In this document: positions 22,983-34,431 of the stretch, in pieces
How positions within the stretch are numbered: the first letter of the stretch is position 1
Layout of the letters: the number at the start of each line of letters is the position of its first letter
From: Neophaeotheca triangularis
Taxonomy: Eukaryota
Direction: 5' to 3'
Length of the DNA: 53,651 bases
Assembly (NCBI GenBank): GCA_054600435.1
Contig: BAAIJX010000017.1
Span: forward strand, 372,001 to 425,651
Position numbers and translations under genes: made by a program
Notes under the pieces: model-generated
Seen by the model: the letters and a program-made list of their open reading frames with translations, nothing else
What the model was told of the DNA's origin: nothing
Database searches by the model: none

Positions 22983-24362
22983 GGCCCGTCGCTTGTGCTC
23001 TGATTGAGGTTCGGCGTCGGCTGGTGGGTTTGGGGGTCGCTGCCTCGCAAACGGGTAGCTGGCGCGAGATTTTGGAGACAGCTCGTATTTGGCGAGCGAA
23101 GTCTGTGCCGCGCCGCACTGCTGCTTGCCGGGCGGCGGGAAAGATGAATGGGTAGCGGAGGGGTGAGGGGGGCGGTGGAAGTGAAGGGCGAGTGAGGCGG
23201 ATAGGTTAAAGGTGAGGTGAGGTATACAGTAATAGTGGTAAAGGTGCGGGTTACATGTATGCAATCAATTGGCGGAGTCACTTGGGAGTGGGGATTTATT
23301 GAAATCTGAGCTAGCTGCACGGGCCTACGTTCAAACACAATCTGCAGGGCTGCCCTCTTGGCATCAACACTCGATGATCGGTGTTCTAACTAGTAACTTC
23401 CATTGTGAACGCTACGAATGTGCCAAATCTACCTAGGTACTTCGCAGGCGTTGTAGGCATTGTATGCATCAATACTGTATCAGCTGTGTTGATCGATACT
23501 GACTAGATGCACCTTCAGGCGAGATCGTTGTTAAGCGATCGATGAAACAAAACACCCTTCTGTCGGCCTCGATGATTCCGCTTTCGAGGCATTCTGCAGA
23601 CTTCAAAGCTGGTCGTAGAGGAAGAATGCTTTCGAATCGGGATAGCACCTTAATGATCAGTCCGCTTCCACCGCTCTAGTATGCTACAGTAGACAGACGT
23701 CAAAGAATCCCATCTTCTACTTAAGCGTCTTGCCGCGATGAGCCCTGCTTGAAGAAAGAGGCCATCGTTCTAGGGCGACCACATGACAACTCGTCAAGAT
23801 TCTATCAGTATCGCTATAATCGGCCAGGGAAGGCGGGTAGGTTCGCTGGCAAGGCTGGCTAGAGTCCACCGTTATCTTCGACGGCAAACATGTCCCCAAT
23901 CGGTTTTCGATGCGTAACTGTTGCTGTGTGCAACGCGCAGGGTCCGAAATTTGAGGGTCAAACGACGAGGCACAACGAGCGCCTTTGCATCGACTATGTC
24001 TACACCTTCGATACTGAAGTAATAGATATACATAGCGCGACCGAGGCTATATAGACAGAAAGGGTGCCCAGGTGCAGGTGAAGTCGATAAGGTATGGTTT
24101 TCACATGGCGTTTGTGAGTGTGGCTGAAGTAGACCCTCGTACGTCACTGTGGCGTTTGACAGCTTCCACCTGCAGTGTCCCGTCACGTTTGCCCCTCCCT
24201 CCGCTTTGAGGACACCCAGGCAGTCGCAAAAGTCACTCACGCGATAATAACGCACGCTCGAGTACAAGTAACATCATCCATCCTCACTCAAAATTTACGA
24301 CTTCCTCACAGCCAAGCACAAAAGCCTCCAAATCACCGACACAGCAATCCAAAACAACAAAC

Positions 24363-25377
24363 ATGTCTACTACCGTCCACGTCAAGGGCATTAGCCACCA
24401 AACGAGCGAGAAGGAGGTCCGTGACTTCTTCTCCTTCTGGTAAGCAAAGACTCGGAAACGAAAGGCACCCTGATGGACCGTCCACCTGCTGACACCTTCC
24501 CAGCGGCAAGATCTCCAACCTTTCCGTCACCCCAGAATCCGACTCCGCCGAATCTTCGCAATCTGCCACCGTCACCTTTGAGAAAGAGACTGCAGCAAAG
24601 ACTGCCCTCCTTCTCGACAACACCCAGCTAGGCCCCGCGCAGGTCCACGTCACAGCAGGACAGTCGCTCGATCAAGCGGCCGGCGGCAAGACAACCGGCT
24701 CCGCTGAAGAGTCTTCGGACAAGGATGGCATCTCGCAGGAGGATAAGCCACGTGCAAGGATCCTGGCCGAGTACCTTGCCCAGGGCTACGTGGTTCAGGA
24801 CAAAGCCATCGAGCGCGCCATCGCCCTCGATCAGCAACACGGTGTCTCCAACCGCTTCATGAGCACTCTCCAGCAATTCGACTCCAAGTACCAGGCCTCC
24901 GCGAAGGTGCAGGCAGCAGACCAAAGGTTCGGCGTCTCCGCTACCGCCATGCAGGGCTGGCGCGGCATTTCCTCCTACTTCGAGCAAGCCTCCAACACGC
25001 CGACCGGCCAAAAGGTCCGCGCATTCTACGAGCAAGGCTCCAAGCAAGTCCTGGACGTCCACAATGAAGCCAAGCACCTTGCTGGCCTCAAGAAGAACAG
25101 CGCTGGTGGTCTCGAGCAAGTCCCTGGCAGTGACAACACCAAGTGCAACTGCAACGCCGACTCTGGCAAGTGTTTGTGCGAACCCGGCAAATGCGCTTGT
25201 TCTAGCTGCCCCAAGAACGCAGATGTGAAGACGACTGATGTCACCCCCGAATCTGCCGAGATGGAGAACGCGGAGGTCGACGGGCAGAAGAAGACCAAGT
25301 GCAACTGTGGTGGCGCGAGCGGGCAATGCCCCTGTGAGCCTGGCAAGTGCGCTTGTACCGGCTGCGGCAAGGCTTAG
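24363..25377 (+). CDS. vip1: RRM-domain protein Vip1-like, 316 aa, with two C-terminal 7-Cys metallothionein-like repeats; exons 24363-24439 and 24504-25377
   Basis: MSTTVHVKGISHQTSEKEVRDFFSFC|GKISNLSV...ATVTFEKETAAKTALLLDNTQL (RRM); QEDKPRARILAEYLAQGY; DVHNEAKHLA. Intron 24440-24503 GTAAGC..GCTGAC..CAG. Confidence 0.9.
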
Positions 25378-26109
25378 ACGTGTAGGAGAATGGCGAGCGG
25401 CGATGAGCTGAAGAGAAAGCGAGTAAACACCCACTTGCTGATCAGATTGCGAGTTGTCGCGATGATGATACCATGCATGCTATTCTTGCGTTGCGATGAG
25501 TGATGCGTTTACGACGAATGCTTTAAGTAGTTGATCAAAACTAATTCGCTTACGGCGTTTATTATACTCATTCCAATGCTGTCCGATGTGAACTCACGCT
25601 TGCCACTTGATCGACTCAGCCATGTAAGATTCATCCATACAGCACATGCAGAGGTCTAACGAGGTGTTCCAAGCCGTTTAGTAGATCACTGCTCCCACCG
25701 CTCCAGTATACCTAAGATATTCGGTGTTGACAACGGGTTAATTATGTCGGACAGCGAAGCGAAACGTTCTCGGTCCGGAAATGCAAGAAAGACCGGCTAT
25801 ACGGCACGTGCTTAGCAACGCTGTTGCCTGTTTGGCGGGGATCAAGATGCGCTTAATAACAGGAGAAGGGAGGGTCAGGTCTCTAGTCTCTACCACTCCC
25901 AAGTGCCGATGGCGGCCATTGCGGCGCAAAAGATTCGCGACAACTTGTGATGAATCACTAATTAAGTTATCCGTCATTTCTACTTCCATCTTCTTTCGTT
26001 CTCCATAATTGACCCCCTTCTACTCGACTTCGACTTCGCCTCTGCGATGTGTGGCCATTTGCTGTAACAACAAGCGCATCTTCCAAACCCCGCAAACCCT
26101 CCGCCAAGA

Positions 26110-27609
26110 ATGCCGGTGTCCAATTCATCCGCCTCCTCCGAGGACTACCAGAAAGACCATGCCCGGGAACATTTGACAGAGCATCAGCAAGACCTTCGCG
26201 AGGCCGCAGAACCGCCATTGACCGCCGAAGAAGATGGCCCAAATCAACTGCCAGCGGAAAGCCTCACCACCAAGGAAGCCCCTCAAGAGGGTGGCGATCT
26301 CGAGAAAGTTCAGTCCGCAAAACCTAGCATCAACAACATCAAATCCGTCCCCAATGGCGGTCTGACAGCCTGGCTGCAAGTCCTGGGCTCCTTCTTTCTC
26401 TTCTTCAACAGCTGGGGCATCGTAAACTCCTTCGGTACTTACCAGGCCTACTACGAAGACGGCATCCTAGCATCTTCATCACCCAGCGATATATCATGGA
26501 TCGGCTCGATCCAGTCCTTCCTGCTCATGTTCGTGGGAGCAATCACCGGGCCCATCTACGACGCCGGCTACGTCCACCACCTCATTGGCGCTGGCTCCTT
26601 CCTCATCGTCTTTGGCCAGATGATGCTGAGCTTATGCAATAGCTACTACCAAGTTATGCTCGCGCAAGCCATATCGATCGGTCTCGGCGCGGGCTGCCTC
26701 TTCGTCCCCGCCGTCGCCATCCTTTCCACCTACTTTAGCACCAAAGTCGCCACCGCGATGGGCATTGCAGCCGCCGGCAGCAGTCTGGGCGGCGTCATCT
26801 ACCCCATCATCTTCTACCGCCTCCAACCCACCATCGGCTTCCCCTGGGCCACACGAGTCATCGGCTTCATCGCCCTAGGCACCCTCGGCATCGCCAACGC
26901 CGTCATGCGCGTCCGCATCCTCCCCGCGTCCCGCCGCAAACTCCTCGACCTGTCCGCTTTCAAAGAACCCCCTTACGTTCTCTTCGTCGCCGGCTGCTTC
27001 CTGGGTTTCATGGGCCTATATACCTTTTTCTTCTACATCCAATCCTACGCCATCCAGTCCAACATTATGGAACCCGACCTGGCCTTCTACTTACTTGCTA
27101 TCCTCAACTCGCTGAGTCTCTTTGGCCGCATCATCCCCGGCATTGTGGCCGATTACCTGGGCCCTATGAACATGATCGTGCCCTGCTGCATCATCAGCGG
27201 TGTGCTCATGCTATGCACTTCAGCCACGAGCAATGTCGGCGGCGTCGTGACTTTGTGCGTCCTCTTTGGTTTCTTCTCCGGCACTTTCGTCAGCCTACCA
27301 CCCTCGATATACGTCCACTTGACAAAGAACCGTGCTGTCATCGGCACGAGAATGGGCATGGTAAGTACCTTCTCTTCAACCCTAATCTCACACCAAAAAT
27401 GTACCGCTAACAACTCACTCACTCCGCAGGGTTTCGCCATCACTTCAATCGGTTTGTTGATAGGAACCCCCATCGCCGGTGCCGTCCTCGACAGCGCGGG
27501 TTTCACCGAGACTTGGGTCTATGGTGGCGTTTTGACAGTATCAGGGGGTCTTGTCATCGCCGCCGCGAGAGTCTCAAAGAGCGGTTTCGGGCTTATGCAG
27601 AAGGTATAG
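26110..27609 (+). CDS. MFS monocarboxylate-porter (MCT/Mch-like) transporter, about 476 aa
   Basis: PNGGLTAWLQVLGSF..FNSWGIVNSFG.YQ.YY; ISWIGSIQ; AMGIAAAGSSLGG; GRIIPGIVADYLG. In-frame stop-free 69-nt intron 27361-27429 (GTAAGT..GCTAAC..CAG) is read through by the ORF track. Confidence 0.92.
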   Translation: MPVSNSSASSEDYQKDHAREHLTEHQQDLREAAEPPLTAEEDGPNQLPAESLTTKEAPQEGGDLEKVQSAKPSINNIKSVPNGGLTAWLQVLGSFFLFFNSWGIVNSFGTYQAYYEDGILASSSPSDISWIGSIQSFLLMFVGAITGPIYDAGYVHHLIGAGSFLIVFGQMMLSLCNSYYQVMLAQAISIGLGAGCLFVPAVAILSTYFSTKVATAMGIAAAGSSLGGVIYPIIFYRLQPTIGFPWATRVIGFIALGTLGIANAVMRVRILPASRRKLLDLSAFKEPPYVLFVAGCFLGFMGLYTFFFYIQSYAIQSNIMEPDLAFYLLAILNSLSLFGRIIPGIVADYLGPMNMIVPCCIISGVLMLCTSATSNVGGVVTLCVLFGFFSGTFVSLPPSIYVHLTKNRAVIGTRMGMVSTFSSTLISHQKCTANNSLTPQGFAITSIGLLIGTPIAGAVLDSAGFTETWVYGGVLTVSGGLVIAAARVSKSGFGLMQKV

Positions 27610-28185
27610 GGAAAGCAAAAGCATTATCGGGCATGTGCTTGCGGAAAAGTTCTTTACGTTTTGCATAGCGGGAGGCGTTTGTGCTTGTTGGGAAAATGGG
27701 ACGGGTGGGCATTGAGTGTGTTGCCTTTTCTGCGAAGGCTCCTCATCTTTGCAAAATGGCTAGCTGGTTTTGTTCCAACACGCGGTGAGTGCACGCCGCT
27801 CGAGGAATAGTGCTTGGGTCTGGGGAAGTCCTGGGTCGGCTGCAAACGGTGCGATTTGGCGATGCACACAGTGTATCGTCCACAGGAAAGAGAAGTTGTA
27901 TGAGGCTGGTAGCAGAGTGGCGCCGCGGCTATAGAGCCGCGAGACACAGTGAAGCCGGGGGATCATGTTGGCGCTTCCAAGAGGAGCAGACGTACGGAGA
28001 TGGAGGAGTCGACCAACTTCGCTCGCTCCTTCCTGTTCGCTGTCTGCTGTCCCCTTCCCGCTCTTTCTTCGCCGAGTTGCCCGGCGTTTTGGACAAAGTT
28101 CGACTTTGTTTTCAGCCGAGACTGGACCCGGGCAGCGGGTGTACGGTCTTCAGACTGAATGAAAACGAAGACTTTAGCGTGCGAG

Positions 28186-28280
28186 GTAGCATAGGAGATG
28201 GAAGAGAATTTGAAGATGATGGGCAAACTAGAGTAGCATAGGAGATGGAAGAGAATTTGAAGATGATGGGCAAACTAGAG
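28186..28280. repeat. Perfect 47-bp tandem duplication (GTAGCATAGGAGATGGAAGAGAATTTGAAGATGATGGGCAAACTAGA x2)
   Basis: Identical copies start at 28186 and 28233. Confidence 0.95.
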
Positions 28281-29691
28281 ATGTGCAGGTTTGCCTTCTG
28301 AAACACCATGCTCTTGAAACCTTAGCGAAGAAGGTAGGGGAGGACATCCTTTCCCGTCCTCTGCACTGCACCCATGGCATCATGTCTCTCCCGATTTTGT
28401 TTGCCTCAGTACAAGACGGATCATCGCCGGCGGGAGAGTGCGTGACTGATCCGGAAAGCCTGCAGCTCTTGGCCTCTTCTCGACGGCCTGGTGCCTCCCG
28501 TCTCTCACCGGCATGCTTGGGTCTTTCCAACTGCTCGCAAATCTGCCACGACTTGGCCAGTGCGACACGGCGTTGACAGCACGACAGGCAGCTATCGCGA
28601 ATGTCCTCCAGAGTCGGATAAGCAGCCATGCGAGCAGGACCCAACGAGTCGCTCCCTAGGTAAGGTACCTAGAAAAGTAGGTATCCATACCGCTGCAGCA
28701 CGGTACCTTAGGTACCCTCGTGCTACCTTAGCCTCCAATCCACGTCATGTGTACCTACTGTCAGTGAGGTGTCCTGTTCTCCGCACGCTTCGCCTATCGC
28801 GGTCCTGCAGTAGAGCCTCGCCCTGCAGACTGCAGCCGTATCGTGTCGTGTCGTGTCGTCGAATGGCATCGCGGAACTGCTGACCTTTCTAGTCCGCTTT
28901 CGGCCGGTCTCGGTACTTGTCAGGTAGTGCCGATGCAGTGGGAAGAGGGCTTTTGCTAGCGCTGCTGGCTGGCTTTTACGGCCAAAGGGCCTCCACTGGC
29001 GGCGTTTGCTTTCCGGTTTTCCGCGATGCAGCTAGTGGGGGGCACGGTTGGGGTCGGCTGGGCTTGGATTTCATGTTGATGATGGGCATCCATCCATTTA
29101 ACGTTAGTATTGATGAGGTTGAGGTCATTCTTGATCTCGGCATCACGTGCATCGACGATGGTGATGACAGATTTGGTAGGGAGTAGGATGAGGTGAAACG
29201 ACAAGGGATGGTATATACCAGTACGTCAACACTACAGCAAACTTATTCGTGTCAAATTATATGGTACCTATGTTGAACTTCCACTGCCTCGGTCGTGGCG
29301 CCTCAGATTATTGAGAGAGCGGAAAGGTGTTGTGCCTCGCCAATCGCATGCACCGCCGATTCCGTCTCCACAAGTCCCTGCTTCCCTCTCTTAACCTTCT
29401 TCTCTCTTGCCTCCCGTCTTTCTCACTCAATCCTTTTCCACCTTTTCAATACTACTTATTCTTTTCACACGACACACTACCAATCCGAGTTTCACCTTAT
29501 AGCGCGTCGTTCCAGTGGATACCTTAACTGTGTATTCACCTCACGCCAACCATCTACCAAGCAGCTTCAGGTTGCATTCCAACCACGACGCCGCTTCCGT
29601 CACTTTCGACCAACACCTAGTTCCAACTGCCTTTTAGATCGCGTGCTCCCACGAGAGACCGTTCGTAACCGCACGGCGCAGCGCGCGGAAC

Positions 29692-31556
29692 ATGGTGCTT
29701 ACACATTCACAAAGCGCGTCCGTCGCTCCCAAACAACCAAGTGACCCAGAGAAATTCCCAGCTCTCCAACTCTTCTTGCTCGGTGGGTAGACCCGTATCC
29801 GCGTGGCTTGTCTCGCGATAGTCTAGCTCTGGTGTTACCATACAGACAACACTAATGTCCTTCAACTACAGCCCTCGTACGAGTAGCCGAACCCATCGCT
29901 CTGACTTCCATCTTCCCGTATGCCTGGAAACTCGTCCTCCACTTCCACGTCGGCTCTGAACAAAATGCCTCGTTCTTCGCCGGCCTTCTCATCTCGGCCT
30001 TTGCTCTGGCCGAGTCTCTTACGGGCATGTACTGGGGAGGACTGAGCGATCGACTAGGCCGCAAGCCTGTGCTCATCATGGGATGTTTTGGTACGATTGC
30101 TTCGCTGCTGGTTGTGGGTTTCTCCTTCAACTTCTGGATCGCACTATTTGGAAGGCTGCTGGGAGGTGCTCTGAACGGGAATATTGGAGTTATTCAAACC
30201 ATGGTTGCGGAAGTTGTCAAGAACCCGAAACATGAGCCCAAAGCATACGCAATCATGCCGTTTGTGTGGTCAATTGGAACCATCATCGGCCCCAGCATCG
30301 GCGGCTTCTTTGCAGAGCCGAGCAAGAACTTTCCGGCCTACTTCTCCAGCACTGGTATCTTTGGCAAGTTCCCGTACTTGTTTCCCAACCTCATCTGCGT
30401 GGGCTTAATGCTTATAAGTATTGTTGCCGGCTACTTTTGTCTCGAGGAGACTCACCCGGATATGCAGCCTTGGAGCACAGCACAGGACCTGGCAAAGACT
30501 CACGCGGAGACACCGATTTTTGCTACTCAAGCGAATACGACGACGCCCGCGGCCAACCTTACGCAAGAGAGTTACGGTACATTCAACGAGGTATCCGAAG
30601 AGCCGGAAGAGGAGCTGTGGAGGGTGACATCGAAGGGAAAGAGCAGGCCAGCCTCCGTCAGCAGTGGAACCACGGAGAAAGTTTTCACTCCTCGGGTGAT
30701 CATGCTGAACATTGCCCTGGGAATCTTCACGTACCACAGCATGACATACGATCATTTGCTGCCCATCTTCTTCCAAGACGAAAAGGTGGCCGCTAGCGAG
30801 AACATCGAGATGTTTAATACTCTCACAATGGCCAATGAACGCGGCTCCCTAGCCGGTGGCCTAGGATTGAGCACTCAAGATGTCGGTGTTATCATGAGTG
30901 TTAACGGGTTAATCGCGCTCGCAGTCCAAGCCATCGTCTTCCCGCTCGCAGCAAGCTGGCTAGGGATCTGGCGCACCTTCATCGTCGTCACCCTGGGCCA
31001 CCCAATCGCCTACTTCATCGTCCCATACATTGCTCTGCTACCTCCAAACCTCGTCTACCCGGGTATTTACGCCTGTCTCACAATCCGAAACCTCTTCTCT
31101 ATCCTAGCCTACCCGGTCTTGCTCATTCTCATCAAAGAGGCAGCTCCCAACAACAGCTGCCTGGGCAAAATCAATGGCCTAGCGGCCTCCACAGGCGCTG
31201 CATGCCGCACCATTGCCTCCCCGGTCGCAGGTCTCCTCTATGGCATCGGCATCAGCCTCAACTTCACCGCACTCGCATGGTGGGGCAGCGCGGTGGTCGC
31301 CATAGCAGGTGCCATCCAGGCGTTTTTCATTAACCGCAAGAGCAAAGGCGCACACCACAATGTCCACAGCGCAGCGCACAACTTTCTGCCTCACGAAGAC
31401 GACGAGGAGAATGCGAGAAAGGCTCACGTGGTGCGCATTCAGGTCGAGGACCCGGATTCGGGGTACAATACTCTGGACGAAAGGGACGTGTACGCTGCGA
31501 ATAGAGCGGAGGGAGAGAGTGATGAGACTACGCCTTTGAGGGTTCGAGAGGTCTAG
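29692..31556 (+). CDS. MFS transporter, drug:H+ antiporter-like (YCR023C/ZIFL type), about 591 aa; exons 29692-29782 and 29872-31556
   Basis: FPALQLFLLA|LVRVAEPIALTSIFPY; WGGLSDRLGRKPVL (MFS motif A); GALNGNIGV. Intron 29783-29871 GTGGGT..ACTAAT..CAG. Confidence 0.92.
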
Positions 31557-32409
31557 GAGATTTTCGATCCGGCGACGACGAGGGGATGGTGATGGGGTTG
31601 AAGTCTAGTGATGGAATCGGCGGAGGTTGGGTGGGTAAGGCGTTTTACTGAGAAAGCTCTGGAAAGCGGAGCCTGCTGGAAAAGAGCTGCGGGCCACGAC
31701 GAGCGTTCTTTTCTTGCAGCATTACACGGCATGGAGTTTGGGATTTGGACGGTCAGGGACGCGCATATACCCTATCATTCTTGGATGCGTTTGACAGCTG
31801 GGGGGAACTGGAGTTTGGCGACGGTTACGCGGCGCTCGTTTCTTTGGGCTTGAGCGGGCTTTAGACGAGAGTATACTCGCATTGTACATTCACGGTCTAT
31901 ACAGAAATGTTTCGCGTCCTGGTCATTTCTACTTCTCACGAATCTCATGGGTGTTTGGGATGAATACAGGCCAAGACCAGCATGTATATGTATAGTATAA
32001 TACAACTATGTCCAATCTCGGAACTTGACCAATAGTAGTTAACGCAGGGACGGCTTGCTTCGATAAGGAAACATGTGAAGGCGACCTCGGCCCAGGACCA
32101 GCCGACTCGGGCTTGTTTATTATCAGACCAATCGCGCGCACGCGACTCCTCAGCTAGAACGCAGTTGCAAAAGAGGAGGTGATACCGACCTATACATGCT
32201 ACATACTGTGCCTCGCGTCGGTAGCACCTTACCTTTCGTCCTGCCCTACTGGCTTCCACCATTGCTCTCTCTCTCTCTCTCTTGAGCCATCCATCACAAT
32301 TGGAACCGCGACAACGACAACGCCAACCCCGGCCAACGCCCAACGCCCAACAGACCCCACCACCGCGCCGCCGCGACCAAGCCACCAACACCAAACAACC
32401 ACGTCAACG

Positions 32410-34251
32410 ATGGCGCCCTCGCCCTCCACTGCCCCGTCAACCTCAAGCTCCTCCTCCTCCTCGTCCAGCTCTTCCAAACGCCCGCCCCCAGACCTCGATC
32501 CCATCTCCCGCACAGCTCTCCGCTACACCCTCTCCCCCCGCGAGTACGAATTGCTGCACCAATACCTAGCAACGCGAGTGCCGCGACGGGTACGGAAAAG
32601 CGTTCCGGAACCGGGACGGTATGCCAGGATCGTGAGAGCGAGGGGTCCAGAGGGGCGGGAAAAGGTGGGGGATCGGGAGGGAGGCTACGGGGGGAAGAAG
32701 GCTTCGGTGTACGCGAGCGAGGAGTTTGTGGGTGATAGCGTGAGGCTTGCTTTGAGGGTTTTCGGGGGTGTTTTTGCGGGTTTGAAGGGCTGGGAGGTCG
32801 TGCTGAGGAAGTTGGCGGAGAGGAGGGGTGGGTCTGCTGTTGTTGTTGGTGGGGAGGGGAAGAAAGGGTGTAGGCATGGGAATTTTAGGACGGCTGGGTC
32901 GTTGGCGTCGATCTTGTTGGTTTATCGGTTGTTGTATCGGTTTTTTGTGAGGTTGGGGTGGAAATTGCAGGAGACGGGGGACGAGGCGGCCGCTTTTAGG
33001 AAACGCAATCCTAATGTTACTGCTTGGCTTAGCAGTCCTTCGACTCCGGCGATTGGTGCCGCGGTGTCGGGGGCGCTGTTGGGGATTACGCCTGCTGGGC
33101 AGTTGAGACTTACGGTTACGATTTATGCTCTCGCCCGCGGTTTGGAGTTCAGCTACAATGCTCTCGCGCTCTCTGGACGGCTCTGGGGCCCGGACCAACG
33201 CAACAAACCGCACTGGTTCGGCGCCTGGCTCATCATGCCTTTTGCTTGCGGGCAGCTGCTGCACGCCTTCGTCTTCGACCGCGACTGCTTCAACGCCAGC
33301 TACGCCCGCACCATCCTCCGCTTCAGCCCGACCTACATCCAAGCCCGGCCGTCCGGCTACAACGCCCGCACCCCCTGGCCCGAAACCTTCGACATCGTCG
33401 ACGCCCTGGCCGAACTCAGCCGGCTCCGCTGGCCCGCCTTTCTCTCTCCGATCCTCTTCCCGTCGAAACCCCACCCGCCACCAAACCTCCAAACCCCCTC
33501 CCTCGTAAAAATCGCCCCGCTAACCTCCACCGCCCACCCAGCCATCTCCCGCACCTCCTGCGCCCTCCTACACCCCCACGACCCCTCCTGCGCCAAAACC
33601 TACTTAACCCACCTCCTCACAACCTTTCCCCCAACAACCAAATTCTTCACGCTAATTTACACCGCTTTCGCCCTCCTACTCAGCTGGCGCAAACTCCTCT
33701 CCGCCCCACTCCCGACCCTCAACGCCCTCGCAGCCCGCATTTTGCGAATGTCCCTCTTCCTCACAACCTCCATCGGCACCGCCTGGGCCAGCATCTGCCT
33801 CTTCGCCAACTTCTTGCCCCCAAAGACCCTACCCACGCGCCGCTGGTTCCTCGGCGGTTTCTTGGGCGGGCTCTTCGCTTACCTTCCCGGCGACGTTGAA
33901 GCTGGGACTTGGCTTTATAGTTTCCGGGTTAGCGCCGAGTGTGCGTGGAAAGTCGCGGCGAAGCGGGGGGTGTTCGGGAGGGGCAAGGGGGAGGGCTTGG
34001 ACGTGGGGTTTTTTGTTTTGGCGCTGGCGGTTATTGGGGGGGTTTATCAGGGCAGGCCTGAGGCGGTGAGTGGGGGTGCGGTTAGGAAGGCGCTTGGGGT
34101 GCTGAGGGGGGAGGGGTGGGTTGATAGGGTTTCTGCTGTTGCTGGTGGGGTGGGGGAGAAAGGGGCGGTTGGTGAGGGGGATGCGGTTGATGGAGTTGTT
34201 GATACTGCTGAGCAGAGGGCTTTGGGGGGTGGGGAGCGAGTGAATGAGTGA
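32410..34251 (+). CDS. Integral membrane protein, TMEM135/Tim17-like family, about 613 aa
   Basis: ALRYTLSPREYELLH; WLIMPFACGQLLHAFVFDRDCF; CALLHP...C; RMSLFLTTSIGTAWASICLF; FLGGFLGG; YSFRVSAECAWKV. Single exon. Confidence 0.82.
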   Translation: MAPSPSTAPSTSSSSSSSSSSSKRPPPDLDPISRTALRYTLSPREYELLHQYLATRVPRRVRKSVPEPGRYARIVRARGPEGREKVGDREGGYGGKKASVYASEEFVGDSVRLALRVFGGVFAGLKGWEVVLRKLAERRGGSAVVVGGEGKKGCRHGNFRTAGSLASILLVYRLLYRFFVRLGWKLQETGDEAAAFRKRNPNVTAWLSSPSTPAIGAAVSGALLGITPAGQLRLTVTIYALARGLEFSYNALALSGRLWGPDQRNKPHWFGAWLIMPFACGQLLHAFVFDRDCFNASYARTILRFSPTYIQARPSGYNARTPWPETFDIVDALAELSRLRWPAFLSPILFPSKPHPPPNLQTPSLVKIAPLTSTAHPAISRTSCALLHPHDPSCAKTYLTHLLTTFPPTTKFFTLIYTAFALLLSWRKLLSAPLPTLNALAARILRMSLFLTTSIGTAWASICLFANFLPPKTLPTRRWFLGGFLGGLFAYLPGDVEAGTWLYSFRVSAECAWKVAAKRGVFGRGKGEGLDVGFFVLALAVIGGVYQGRPEAVSGGAVRKALGVLRGEGWVDRVSAVAGGVGEKGAVGEGDAVDGVVDTAEQRALGGGERVNE

Positions 34252-34431
34252 GCGAATGAATGGGTTGCGAAGTCTTGGACTCGGTTGTCTTTTCGGTTTG
34301 GATGCCATGAGCGGCTTAATTGGATGGTCCACGCTGCCTTCGAGACTTGCAAACCTTGCATCGCTGGGAGGTATAGCAGGATTGACACCCCTCACGAGAG
34401 ACGAAGCCCGACTACTACGACCCGGCCAAGG

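Noticed and set aside
22983..23264. 94-codon in-frame N-terminal extension of the BTB-like gene (similarly 32179-32409)
   Set aside because: C-rich leader-like sequence that lacks stops by composition. The downstream ATG is the more plausible start, though not proven.
1577..24503. Three introns of exactly 64 nt (1577-1640, 7848-7911, 24440-24503) as possible introner-like elements
   Set aside because: No internal sequence similarity between them, and 50-70 nt is the normal intron size here.
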